Source: Scenedesmus sp. PABB004 (lineage: Eukaryota). Taken from it: a stretch of 64,000 nucleotides of DNA. A program made the translations under genes and the position numbers. The notes below the pieces were generated by a model. That model was not told where the DNA came from. It made no database searches and saw only the letters and a program-made list of their open reading frames with translations. The stretch spans positions 744,001 to 808,000 of the forward strand of contig JABVCE010000014.1 of the NCBI GenBank assembly GCA_014905635.1, given 5' to 3'. Within the stretch, counting starts at the first letter, position 1; every line of letters begins with the position of its first letter. This document shows positions 15,120 to 30,929 of this stretch, piece after piece.

Positions 15120-18100
15120 TCACGCCGCGGCGGTTGCGACCTTGGCGCCCGGCAGCTTGAACCCCAGCGCGTCCACAACGGGCGCGCAGCGCCCGCAGAG
15201 CTCCGGGTGCTCCGCGCTCGCCGCGCCGACCTGTCGGCGCGCAGCCGCGGCCGCCGCGGTGAGCGCAGGGGTCCCGGGCGCCGCGCGCCTGCGCCGCGCG
15301 CGCCGGAGCGCGCGGCGCCGCGGCCCGCCCAGGCGCGGCCCGCCCTGCGCGCGCGCGCACCTGCGTTGAGTACATCCAGCAGCGCGCGCACTTGGCGCCC
15401 GCCGCGCGGCGCACGCCCACGGTCACGCCGCCGCCGCCGCCGGCCTCGGTCGCCGCGGCCGCGAGCGCGCCGTCGGCCGCGGCCACCGCGCTGGGCGCGA
15501 GCTCCACACTGCTGGCGATCAGCAGATACTTCAGCTCGTCCGCGGCGTTGCCTGCGGCGCGGCGGCGGCGCCGCGGGCGGCGGCCGGCCCCGGCGTGAGA
15601 TCGTGGCGGCTGGCCGGGACCTTGTTCGGCGGCAGGGGCGCGCGCGCGTGCGCGGGGCGGCAGGGCGCGCACGCAGAGCGCCCGCGCGCGTGCGCCGCGT
15701 GCGCGCCGCATACCCGCGGCGTTGAGCTCGGCCAGCCACGCCGCAAGGCCCGGGTCCTCCACGTGCAGCGCCGCCGCGGCCTCGAGGCTGCTCCCGAGCG
15801 CCTTGCCCGCGCGCGCCGCCTCCATCGCGCGCGCGAACGCCTCGCGCACCGCCGGCAGCGCGCCCCAGCGCGCCAGCTCCGCGTCGCTCAGCCCGGCCGC
15901 CCACTCGGGCGGCGGCGCCGCCCAGCCGGCCAGGAAGACGCTGTCGGCCGGCGCGCCGCCGGCCGCGGCGGGGGGCATGCTCAGCCACGCGTCCTCGGCC
16001 ATGTGGGGGACAATCGGCGCGAGCGCCGACAGCAGGCCCTGCGCGCACGGCGGGCGCCAGGGCAGGGCGGCGCGGCGCGGCGTCAGCGCGGCGACGTCAG
16101 CGCGGCGGCGCCAGCGCGGCGGCGTCAGCGCCGCAGCGCCGCGGCGGAGCGGCGTCTTATCAAGCGCCCCGCGCCGCCGGCGGCGGCGCCCCGCGCGCGC
16201 GCGCCTTGAGCACCGCCGCCTGCACTGTCTGGCACGCGCGCCGGCTGGGCGCGCCGGGGGCCTGTATGTAGCAGCGGTCCTTTGCTGCGTCGAGATAGAA
16301 GGAGGAGAGGTCGCCGGACACGTAGTTCAGCAGCGCCTGGTAGGCGCGGCGGAACTGCGGGGGTGGTGTGGTGTGGCGCCCGGTGAGTGAGTGAGTCAAT
16401 GCGTGAGTGAGTGAGTGAGTGAGTGAGTGAGTGAGTGCATGAGTGAGTGAGTGAGTGAGTGAGTGAGTGAGTGAGTGAGTGAGTGAGTGAGTGGGTGAGC
16501 AAAGAAGGGAGGGAGGCCGCCCCCGCCCCGTCCACCCGTCCCCCCCTCGCGCCCCCCGCCCCAGACAGCGGCCGACGCGCGCCTGGTAGGTCTCATACGC
16601 CTCGGCCACCTCCGCCATGACGCCGGCGTGCCGCGCGAGCAGCCAGCGGTCGACCGCGGGGAGCGCGCCGTACGGCACCGCGTGCGTTGACGCGTCAAAG
16701 TCGGCCAGGTTGCCCAGCAGGAAGCGCAGCGTGCCGCGCAGCTTGCGGTACGCCTCGGCCACCTGCTTCAGGATGCCCGCGCCGATCTGGGGGCGGCGCG
16801 GGCGACCGCGTGGGCGGCTTGCGCGCCGCCCCCGCCGCAGCCGCTGGGGCGCCGCCGCCCCGCGCAGGGGCCCCGTGCATGCCGCCCCGCGCGTCGGGCG
16901 GGCCCCACAGCAGGCGCAGGCCCCGTGGGCGCTGCGGCCGCGGCGCGGCCGCGGGCCGCACCATGACGTCGTTGGCGTAGTCGACGCTCGCGACCCACAG
17001 CCGCAGCACGTCGGCGCCGTACGGCGGCTCCTTGGCCGCGTCGGGCCCGCCCATGATGACGCGACGCGGGTCGACCACGTTGCCCAGAGACTTGCTCATC
17101 TTGGCGCCACGCTCGTCCAGCACAAAGCCGTGCGTGAGCACCTGCGCCAGCGCGGCGGCGTGCGAGTTGCGGCGGCGTGTCGGCGCGGGCTCGGGGTGCG
17201 GGCGCCGGGCGTCGAGAGAAGTGCGGGGCCGCCGCGGAGCACCGCGCAGGCGGCGGCGGCGGCGGCGGCGCGCCTGCTTGTACGGCGCGCCGCCCGTGGC
17301 CGCGACGCTCGTGAGCAGCGACGACTGGAACCAGCCTGCGGCCGGGCGGGCGGTGCCGGGCGCGCCGGTCAGGCGCGCGTGGCGCGCCGCGTGCGAGTGC
17401 ACGCTCTCCGGCGCAGCACGCTCCAGCGCAGCACGCGCAGCACACCACGCGCAGCGCACACAGCGCACACAGCGCGCGCCGCACCGCGGTGCTGGTCGCT
17501 GCCCTCGAGGTAGAGGTCGGCGGGGAAGGTCAGGCCCTCGCCCTCGCGCGCGCGCAGCACGCCCGCCCAGCTGCTGCCCGAGTCAAACCACACGTCCATC
17601 GTGTCCTCGCCCTTGACCAGACCCTCCGCCCGGCCGCGCAGCGCCTCCGGCAGCAGCTCCGCGACGCTCGCGGTCCACCACACGTCGCTGCCACGCTCCG
17701 CGACGAGCGCGGTCACGTGCGCGAGCGTCTCCTCCGTCAGCAGCGGCTCGCCTGCGCGCGCGCACGGGGCCGCGACGGTGAGAATTGAGGCCGCGGCGGT
17801 GGCGTCGAGGCCGCCGCGCGCCGCGCCCGGCGCGATGGGTGGGAGGGCTGCACATTCGGCGCGCGCGCGCGTGGGTCGTGCGGTGCGGGCGCGTCCGCCG
17901 CCGCACCCGAGTCCTTGTCGTAGAAGACCGGGATGGGCACGCCCCACTTGCGCTGCCGGCTGATGCACCAGTCGGAGCGGCCCTCCGTCATCGCAGTAAT
18001 GCGGTTGCGCCCGACCGCCGGCACCCAGCTCACGCCGCCGATCGCCTCCAGCGCCTGCGACCTGCGCGCGCACGCACGGCCGCGGCGCCGCGCCCGCGGC

Positions 18101-21100
18101 GGCGGCGGCGCGTCTCGGCGCCGTGCCGCGACGGTGCCGCCGCAGCGCGCGGCGCCGCCGCCGCCGCGCGCCGCCGCCGCGCGCCGGCACTCGCCTGAAG
18201 CCCTCGACGCTCGCAAACCACTGGCTGGTCGCGCGGAAGATGGTCGGCTTCTTGGTCCGCCAGTCGTAGGGACTTGTGGGCGTAGCTCTCCTCCCGCAGC
18301 AGCGCGCCCGCGGCCGCGAGCGCGTCCACGACCGCCGCGTTGCCGTCGCCCTGCGCGGCGAAAAGGCAGGCGGCGCGCGGGCGGCGCGGTGAGCCAGCGG
18401 CGCGGTGAGCCAGCGGCGCGGGACGGCAAGGCGCAGGGTCGGCGGGTGCAGCGGGGCGGCGGGTGAGGCTAGGTCGGCGCACAGCGGCCCGCACCTGGAC
18501 GTTGAGGCCGGCAAACGCGGGGCCCGCCTCGTCCGTGAACCGCCCCGCGTCGTCCACCGGCGACAGCAGCGGCAGCCCGTAGCGCAGGCCGACCTGGGGG
18601 GCGGCCCAGCAGCGACCCAGCGGCGCAGCGCTTGGCGGCGGCCGGACCCGGGCGGCGGCGACCAGGGCGGCCGGCCGGCCCCGGCGGCGCAGACCCCGCG
18701 CCGTCCCTCCCTCCCGGCGCGAACGGAGCGCCTGGCTCCGCTGCTGGGAGGCTGAAAAAAGGACGTCCCGCTGCTGCCGCGCGCCACGCACCTGGTAGTC
18801 CTCCTGCCCGTGCCCCGGCGCGGTGTGGACCAGGCCGGTGCCGCTCTCGGTCGTGATGTAGTCACCGCCGAGGACGAGCGGGCTCACGCGCTCAAAGAGC
18901 GGGTGCTTGTAGCGGCAGCCCTCCAGCGCGGCGCCCTTGAACATCGCCAGCACCTGGCGCAGCGCGGCGCGGGGCGGGCGGGCGGGGCGGCGACGTGGGC
19001 CGGCGTCCGTGGGTGGGTGGGCGGCGGAAGCACGCGCTGCCGCAGCCGTCGGCGGCGCGCGCGCGTAGCGCGGCCACAGCCGCGCGACCGCTCGCGTGCA
19101 CGCACACACCTGCAGCGGCGCGTCAAACTTCTCCGCCAGGCTGTTCACCAGCCCCTCCGCGACAATCAGGTGGTCGCTGTGCCACCCCGCCGCGCCCTCG
19201 CCCTGCGCGCGGCGCGCGCGGTGCGATCGCGTAGGCGTGTCAGCTCAATCGCGGCTCGCCGCGCGTGCGCGGCTCGGGGCCCCGCTGCCCGCCGGGCCGC
19301 GCCCCCTCTGACAGTTGCATTCGGCGCGCCGCCGCACGCCGCACCTCGGCTTTGACGAGGCAATAGTCCAGGTCGGCGTTGACCGCGACCGCCAGGTTGG
19401 CGGGGATCGTCCACGGCGTCGTCGTCCAGATCGCAAACGCGGCGCGCACGCCCGGCGCCGAGAGCGCGCCCGAAACGTCGGCCGGCAGTGCGTCGCCGAG
19501 CGACTGCGCGGCGCGGGCGGCGGGCGCGGCGCGCTGCTTAGCACGCGCCTCCCGTTGCTCGCAAGCCGCCCCCGCCATCCCCTAGGTCCAGCGCGCGCCG
19601 TGCGCCGCACCGTGATGGGCATGGCCACGTAGATGCTGCGGCTCGTGTGGCCCTCCGGGTACTCCAGCTCCGCCTCGGCGAGCGCGGTGCGGCTGCTGGG
19701 CGACCAGTGCACCGGCTTCTTGCCCCTGCGCACGCGCGGCGGCGGCGGGCGCGGCGCGGGGCGGTCAGCAGCCGCCCGTGCACGGCCGAGCCCGGCGGCA
19801 CCGTCACACATCTGCTGGTGCTGTTGGCACCCGCATGCTGGTGCCATCATTGCAAAATGCTGAAATCAGCATGCTATGGCGCCGCCGCACCGATAGATGT
19901 GGCCGTTGAGGAACATCGCGCCAAACACGCGCAGCTGCGCGGCTTCGTACTCGGGCTGCAGCGTGGTGTAGGGCGAACCCCAGTCCGCCCACACGCCGTA
20001 CCTGCGCGCCGCCGCCGCGCGGCGTCGCGGTGGTTGCGGCGGGCACAGCGGCTGTCTGGCCTGCCGCCGCCGCCACGGCGCCCTCGCAGCGCGGCGCCCC
20101 TGCAGCGCAATGCGGCGCGGTGCGCCACCGCACCGTTTGAACTGCTCCTTCTGGGCCTCAACCGTCTGCAGCGCGTACGCGCGCGCCTTGCCGCGCAGGC
20201 CGAGCGTGTCGAGCCCCGCGCGCTCGGCCGGCGGCAGGGCCTGCAGGACCTTGAGCTCGATCGGCAGCCCGTGCGTGTCCCAGCCGGGCACAAACCTGGC
20301 GGCGGGGTTTGCGCGCGGGGTTTGGGCGGCGCGGGCCGGCGCGGCGGCGGCGAGGCGGGGTCGTGAGCCGCCCGCGGCCGCGCGCGCAGCGACCGCCCGG
20401 CACGCGCCCCGGCGGCAGCGGCGCGGCCGCCGCACCGCGCGCGGCGGCCCTGCAGCAGCTGGTAGCGGTTGATTACGTCCTTGAGCACCTGCAGCGCGGC
20501 GCGGCGCATGGCGCAAGGCGCATGGCGGGGGGCACGGCGCGGCACGGCACGGACCGGGGCGCGACGGCGCGCTTCGGCGGGCGCGCGCGGCGGGGCCGCA
20601 GCAGGGCCGTGGCGCGGGGCCCGGCCCGCCTCCCAGGCGCGCGCGCCCTGTCCCCGGGGCGCGCGCGCGCCTTGTTAAGGGCGTGGCCGATGTGGAGGTC
20701 GCCGTTGGCGTAGGGAGGGCCGTCGTGCAGCGTGAACGGCGCCTGCGCCGCGGCGCCGGCCGCGGCGGGCGCGGGGCGGCGGTGAGGCGGGCCGCGCGGC
20801 GCGGCGCCCGCCGCCGACCGCCGACCGCCGCTCGCCGGCGCGGCTGCCGTGCGCCGCCGCCGCCACCGGCGCGAGCGCCGCGCGCTGGCACACACCCCGG
20901 GGTTTTGGCTGGCGAGGCGCTCGTACACGTCGCGCGCGGCCCAGTGCTCCTGGATCTGGGGCTCCCGCACGACGCTGTTGGCGCGCAGGCTGAACTCGGT
21001 GACGGGCGTGGTGACGGTAGGAGAATAGGGACCGCCGCCGGCTGCTGTGCGGGGCACCGAGGCGCGCGCCGGCGCCGGCGCGTGGGCGCTGGCGGCGGGC

Positions 21101-21289
21101 GGCGCCAAGTGCCGCAGCGGCTGCGCCGCGGGGGCGCGGGCAGGCCGCACCTCCGCCCTCCGACTTCTTGCCGCCGCCCTTGCCGCCGGCCTTCTTGCCG
21201 CCCGCGGCCGCGACGGCGCTGCTGCCCCGCCGCAGCGCCGGCAGCAGCGCGGGCGCGCGCCCCAGCAGCCGGCTGCCGCCCGAGAGCAT
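15120..21289 (-). CDS. ileS: Isoleucyl-tRNA synthetase, bacterial-type (chloroplast/mitochondrial), multi-exon
   Basis: HIGH motif [97 protein letters not shown] motif [14 protein letters not shown], and a C-terminal zinc finger KCARCW...LCGRC. The N-terminus resembles a transit peptide. One apparent indel lies at ~18271. Confidence 0.95.
16384..16498. repeat. (GAGT)n tetranucleotide microsatellite, intronic
   Basis: Near-perfect GAGT array with a few interruptions inside an IleRS intron. Confidence 0.95.
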
Positions 21290-21681
21290 CCCCAGAGACT
21301 GCGGAAGCGAATGCGCGGCGCCGGGCGGGCGCTCGGCGCGGCAATTGGGCGGCGGCGGGCGCAGCAGTCGGCGGCAGCGGCGCCCCACCTGGCGCCCCGC
21401 CGCGGTGCGCACTGATGTCGCCTGCCCTCCGGTTGTGCCCAACATCGTGCGAGCGACGCCTACGCGTGCGGCATGCACTCCGCGGCGCCCGGGCGGCGAG
21501 GAGCGCTGGCGGCCACGGGTCGCTGCGCGGCGGGGAGGGACAGGCGGCGCCGTGTGAGGCGCGGCGGGCGGCGGGAGTGCGGTGCGACCGGGAGCGACCA
21601 GTAGGGACATGCCGCGGCGGCCGGCGGGCGCGTGGCGCCGGCGGTGCAGCGGCGGCGGGCGACGCGCGCCCATTTCCGCAG

Positions 21682-24420
21682 TGCGGCCGCCGCCGCTCCG
21701 CACACTCGCCGCAGCCGCCCCACCGCCACACAGCCACAGCGCCCCTAGCGCGCCACACCGCACGCCCGACCGAACTGCCGCGCCCGCCGCGCCCCCCCCC
21801 CCCCCCCCCCCCCAGCCGCCTGAGCCACTGCAGCGCCGCGGGATCCGGCGCCCTCGCCCTCGCCCGGGGCCGCCCAGCAGCCCCTCCCGGCCCGCCCGGC
21901 CGTGGGGAGGCGGCGCCGCCGCCGCTGCTCGCTCCCGCGCCGCGCCGCCCGCCGCGGCCGCGCCCGGCCCCGGCCCCGCTGCAGCGCCGCGCCCATGGAG
22001 CCCGGCGATGCGGTGAGCACGGATCACGGGCGGGCGCCAGCGGCCGGCGGCCGGCGGCGGCGCGGGGGGCGTGCGCGCGCCGCTGCTGCTGCGTGCACCC
22101 CGGCGCCCGCCGCCGCCCTCGCGCGAGCCAGCGCCGCGCCCCCCGCCGGCTGTGCGCCGGAACCTCCCTGCTCCGCTTCTCCGCCCGCGCCGCAGGGCGC
22201 GTCGCCCTTTGCGCGGCTGCCGGCGGAGGTGTTGCCGCGCGTGCTGGCGGAGCTGGACCTGCGCGAGCGTCTGAGCGCCGCCGCGCTCGTGTGCCGCGCC
22301 TGGGCCGACGCGGCGGCGCGGCCAGCAGGGACGTGCGCATCAAGCTTGAATCGGCGGTGAGCGCGGCCCAGCGCGGCGCTGCAGTCAGCGGCTGGGTGGG
22401 GGGGCGGGGGCGCGGCGTGGTGAGCTTGGACACTGAGGGCTCTGGGTCCTACGAGGATGACCTGGAGCTGCCGCTGCCGCTGGCCCAGCTGCGCAGCCTG
22501 AAGTGCTTTCTCACGGGCGTGGCGCTGCGCGACGACGGTGGCGGCGGCGGCGCGCTGCCAGCGCTGACCTGCCTGCACATGGATGAGTGCATCTTTCCCG
22601 CCGGCCTGCTGTGCCCCGGGTTGAGCGATCTGCGCCTGCAGTATTGCAATGGGGCATCGGTCGGCGAGGTGCTCGCGGCGCTGCCGCGCATGCCGGCGCT
22701 CACCGACATGTTTATTGTTGGCGACGCATTTGCCAGCGCCGCGCTCTCTGCAGCGGCAGCGCTGACGGCGCTGCAGCACCTGAAGCTGTATGTGCACGAT
22801 GCACCAGGGCCAACGCACGTCCCGCCGCTGCCGCCCGCGCTCACACGTCTGGAATTGGACTGCCTGCAAGGCGGCGCGGCGGGCCCCGCTGCCCTCGCGC
22901 ACCTCACGGGGCTGGAGGGCTTGACCCTGCGTGACGTCACGCTGGTCGACCCGGCCGCGGCGTTCACGCCGCTCACACGCCTCACGGAGCTGATGCTGCA
23001 GCTGTGGGAGGGTGGCGACAGCGCCACCACGTCAGCGCTGCTGCGCGTGCTGCCGCGCCTGGCCCGGCTGCAGGACCTGGTCCTGGCCTTTGGGGACCAC
23101 CACCAGATCCTGGCTGGCTGCGCCGAGTCTGCGAGCAGCATCGCGGCGCTCACGGGGCTGTCGTGCCTGGTCCTGTCTGGCAGCTCTCTGGCGCCTGGCG
23201 CGGGAGCGCGCCTGTTTGCACGCGCGCTGCCGTCGCTGCGTGCGCTGGCCATCAACTGCACTGTCAGCGTGCCAGTCCTGCGACTGGGGCAGGCCGAGCT
23301 GGACGCCCTGGTCGGCACCTGCCCCGGCCTGCGACAGCTGCAGCTGTTTCACGCAGTGGAGCCCGGCGCAAGCTGCGCGCGCCTTGGCCTGCTGAGCGAG
23401 CTGAGGTTGCTGGACCTGGACGGCGACTGCCTGAGCGACGACGACGTGGCGCACCTGGCGCGCGCGCTGACCGTGCTGCGGGACCTCAGCTTTTGGAGTG
23501 CGCCGCGGCTGGGCGCCGCCGGCGTGGCCAGCCTGGTGGACGCGACGCGGCTCACGCGCCTGAAGGTGCAGGAGCGCGGCTTGGATTTTGAGCTGACGTG
23601 CACGGTGCGACACAACGGGGGTCGCCGGCAGGCCTGCGCGCCGGCCCACGGCACGCCTGCACACGCGCCACGGCCGCGTCGCCGCAGGAGGACCCGCCCA
23701 CGGTGTCGCGCCAGCTGGAGGAGCTGTGCTGCAGCAGCAAGGCGCTGTCCAGGGCACTGGTGGCGCATCAGCGCCAGCAGCTGGCGACGGCGCGCGGTGA
23801 GCGGGGGCCAGCGCTGGCGCTGGGCGCCGTGCCTCGTGCCGGCTTGAGGGACAGACACCGTCTCACGCGCTGCCTGCCGCCACCGCGCCCTGCAGGCGTG
23901 CTGGAGGCCAAGGAGCTGGTGGCTGCGGCCGCGGCCGCGAGGGAGCAGCAGCAGGCCACCGAGCTCGCGGCCGCGGGCGCGAGGGAGCGGCAGCTGGCCG
24001 CCGAGCTGGCAGCGGCGCGCGCGTTGGCGGCGGAGCTGCAGCAGCAGCCGGGCGTGGCGCGCGGGCACAGCTGAGGGGAGGCGCAGCTGAGCGGGCGCCG
24101 CCTGCGGGAGCCTGCAGCGGGGGTGAGATGGGGCGGCCGAGCGCGTGTGTGCGTGCGGCTGAGCCGGCCACTGAGCGGGCGGCGGCGGCGCGGGTGGGAG
24201 CCGCGGGGCAACAGGCAGGCAAGCAAGCGAGCGTCAACGCCGCCGTCACGCAGAGGGCCCGCCGCGCCGCCCCTCCAGCTTTGCCGCTTCCGCAGCAACC
24301 TCACCGTGAGCGGCCGGCGCCGCCGGGACCAGCGGTTCTGCGCAGCGCACCGCCCTGCCGCGCGCCGCTGTGCGCAATACGGCGGCCGCCGTCGCGCCGC
24401 ACACTCACCGCAGCCGCCCT
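21682..24420 (+). repeat. Repeat unit copy 3, with a ~40 bp terminal direct repeat
   Basis: GCGGCCGCCG..CGCACACTC(G/A)CCGCAGCCGCCC occurs at both 21683-21720 and ~24382-24419. The spacer at 24075-24420 matches 36870-37220, 39615-39970 and 42381-42730. Confidence 0.8.
21995..24074 (+). CDS. F-box/LRR/coiled-coil gene copy 3 (one apparent 1-nt frameshift at ~22318)
   Basis: Micro-exon MEPGDA|GT at 21995, then F-box [50 protein letters not shown] lacks one C relative to the other copies. LRRs follow, then exon 3 [15 protein letters not shown] and a coiled-coil exon 4. Confidence 0.75.
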
Positions 24421-24488
24421 GCTGCCCTCCGCTGTGCCCTCCGGTGTGCGCCTTGCGTGCGCGGCAGCAGCGCACGTTCGCCGCCGCG

Positions 24489-28430
<3,942 letters not shown>

Positions 28431-28664
28431 GCCCCCCCGTGCGTGGTGCGGCGCTGCGTCCGCCCCGTTTGTACAACCACCAGCTGGGGCTGTGTGTATC
28501 ATAAAGACAGGCACCCCCCATCAGCGGGGGGACAGGGGGACAGGGGGCGAGGCGCCGGGGCAGCCCGCGCCGCTGCTGTACTCATGTTTGCGCGCGCGCG
28601 CGCTGCTGCTGCGGAAGCGGGCGCAGCGCACGGCGCGGGCCTCCGCCGCGGTCGCCGCCGGCGT

Positions 28665-28685
28665 TGTAAGCACTTGCCCGTTACA
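28665..28685. promoter_or_regulatory. Facing TGTAA polyadenylation signals of two convergent genes
   Basis: TGTAA at 28665-28669 (+, protease) and TTACA at 28681-28685 (-, ankyrin gene). Confidence 0.5.
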
Positions 28686-28846
28686 CGGCTCGCGGCAACA
28701 AGATAAGGAGGGGCCGCGGGCCGCCGCAGCGCGGCGGTGGCCGCGCGGGCAGACAGATGGGGAGCGCTCGTGGGGCTGGTCAAGCTCAAAACTGCGTGGG
28801 CCCGCCGCTGCCGCCGCCGCCGCCCGTGCACGCAGCTGCAGGGGCC

Positions 28847-30775
28847 TCACTTGGCGGCGCCGCTGGTGATGCCCAGCTGCTGCTCTAGCAGGTACCGCAC
28901 CGTCTCCCTCTGCGGCGGCAGCGGCGGCGGCGGTGATCACCGGTGTTTCATGAAACGCCGGCTGGCTGCCCTGGCCACGGGTGCCCAGGTCCACCCGGGC
29001 CCCCCGGCCCCCACGCGCCGCTGCACGCACCTCGCCGTTGAGCTTGGCCACGTCCAGCGGCTTCTGCTGCTTGGCGTTGACAGCCTCGATGTCGGCGCCG
29101 CGCTCCAGCAGCAGCTTGGTCAGCGCCAGCCGCCCGTAGCCTGCGCGGCGGCGGCGGTGAGCTCGAGCCGGGCGCGGCCGCGGGCGCGCGGGGAGGAGCG
29201 GCGGGCGGCCGCGGGCCGCGGCGGCGCAGCGACGCACCGGCCGCGTAATGCAGGACCGTGTTGCCCGCGCCGTCGCGCGCGCCTAGGTCGGCGCCGGCGT
29301 CCAGAAGCAGGCCGACGAGCTCGGCGCGGTCAAAGCCCACCGCCACGCCCAGCGCGCTCACGCCGCGCTCGTTCTGGCGCACGGAAGCGGAAGCGGCGGC
29401 GGCGGCGGCGGCGCATGAGCGGGGCGCCGCCGGGCTCCCGCGCGGTGGCGCGCAGGGCGCGGGCGCGGGGGCGCGCGCCGCACCAGCGCGTTGACGTCCG
29501 CGCCGCAGTCCAGCACGCGCCGCGCCGCGTCGGCGTCGCCCCACTTGGCGGCGTCGTGCAGGCTCACGATCGCCTCGCTCGGCGGCTGCAGGCGCGCAGC
29601 AGGCGCGCGCGCGGACGGGTTGGTGCAGACGGTGGGCGCGAACGGCGCCCCGGGGCGCCGGGCCGCGCCGCGCCGCGCGCTGCGCCGCCGCACCCTGGCC
29701 GACTTGCCCTTGGCCGGCGCGCCGCCGCCGTCGGCGCCGCCGCCGTCGACGCGCATTCCGCGCAGCTTGGCGCTGATCTTGGACATGAGCTCCGTGTCGT
29801 CCCAGTACCTGCCGGGCGGAGAGCGGGTGTAGCGTGGGCGCGGGCGCGGCGCTCGCCGCGCCAGGCCGCGGCCCGGCGGCGCCCCGCGCGCGGCGCGGAA
29901 CACGCGCGGCGGGCGCGCGCGTCCCCGCCGGCGCGCCCGCGCCCACTTTTGCAGCGCGCCGGGGCCGTTGGCCTTCACGTCTTCAAACACCGGCGCCAGC
30001 TCGGCGTCGTCCTTCAGCGCCTCGTACACCGCGGCGCTCTTGGCCGGGTCGGCCTGCGACTGCGCGGGCGGCGCGCGCGGCGCGGGCGTCGGCCCCCCCG
30101 CCGCGCGCGCGGGCGCCCGCGCATTGCCGCCCGGCCGCGGCGGCCGCCGCCGGCCGGCCGGCCGGCGCCACGCGCCTGCATGCCGACGAACGCGCTTGCC
30201 AGGCCCGGCTGGGTCTGCATGATGCTCTGCGCCTGCGCGGCGGCGGCGTGCGTGGGCGGGCGGTCGAGTGTGGGCGGGCGGGCGCGCTGCGCTGCGCGGG
30301 CGCGCTGCGCTGGGCGGGCGCGCGCTTGCGCTGCGCGGCCTCCGCGCGCCTGCGCCCACGCGGCCTTTGCGGCCTCCGGGTTGGACCGGAGGTACTCGAT
30401 GATGCCCGCCGCCTGCTCCGCGGGCATGCCGGGCGGGATGCGCACCGGCACCTGCGCGCGCAGGGCGGCCGGGCGGCGGCGGCGGCGGCGTTCGCGCGCG
30501 GCGAGATCCGGCGCGCCGCGCCAGCAGATGCGCGTGCGCGGGCGCTCGTGGCGGCCACGCAGCGCGCGCGGGAGCGTGCGCTGGCGCGTGAGGGACGCCA
30601 GGCTGAACGAGCGCGGCGCGCTCTCGCCGCCGCCGCTGCCGCGTGTGCGCGCGCTCGCCTGCGTGCCGTCGGGCAGGTCGACCGACTGCGACATGCCGAT
30701 GGGCAGCTCCTTCGCGCCCGGCGCAGCCTTCTTGGCCTTGCTCGGCAGCGCGGGTCCGGCCTTGCCCGGCGCCAT
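28847..30775 (-). CDS. STI1/ankyrin-repeat protein, AKR2-like (multi-exon)
   Basis: STI1-like YEALKDDAELAPVFEDVKANGPGALQK|YWDDTELMSKISAKL. Ankyrin repeats LHDAAKWGDADAARRVLDCGADVNA, GVSALGVAVGFDR, GNTVLHYAAGYGR and QKPLDVAKLNG. Confidence 0.85.
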
Positions 30776-30929
30776 CGCGTCTCGCGCTGTAGGGCAGATG
30801 CGGAGTGCGGGCGGGCGGCGGGAGCTGCTCGGTGACGCGAATGTGGGCGAATGGAGCGCGGCGTGGCGCCCGGCGCAGCGCAATTGCAATCATCTCTGTT
30901 GGCGGCGCCCGTTCAGCTTCGGCGAATCG

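Noticed and set aside
21995..24074. Calling copy 3 a definite pseudogene
   Set aside because: It has only one 1-nt indel in a GC run, and similar indels occur in IleRS and POLA1, so sequence error is plausible.
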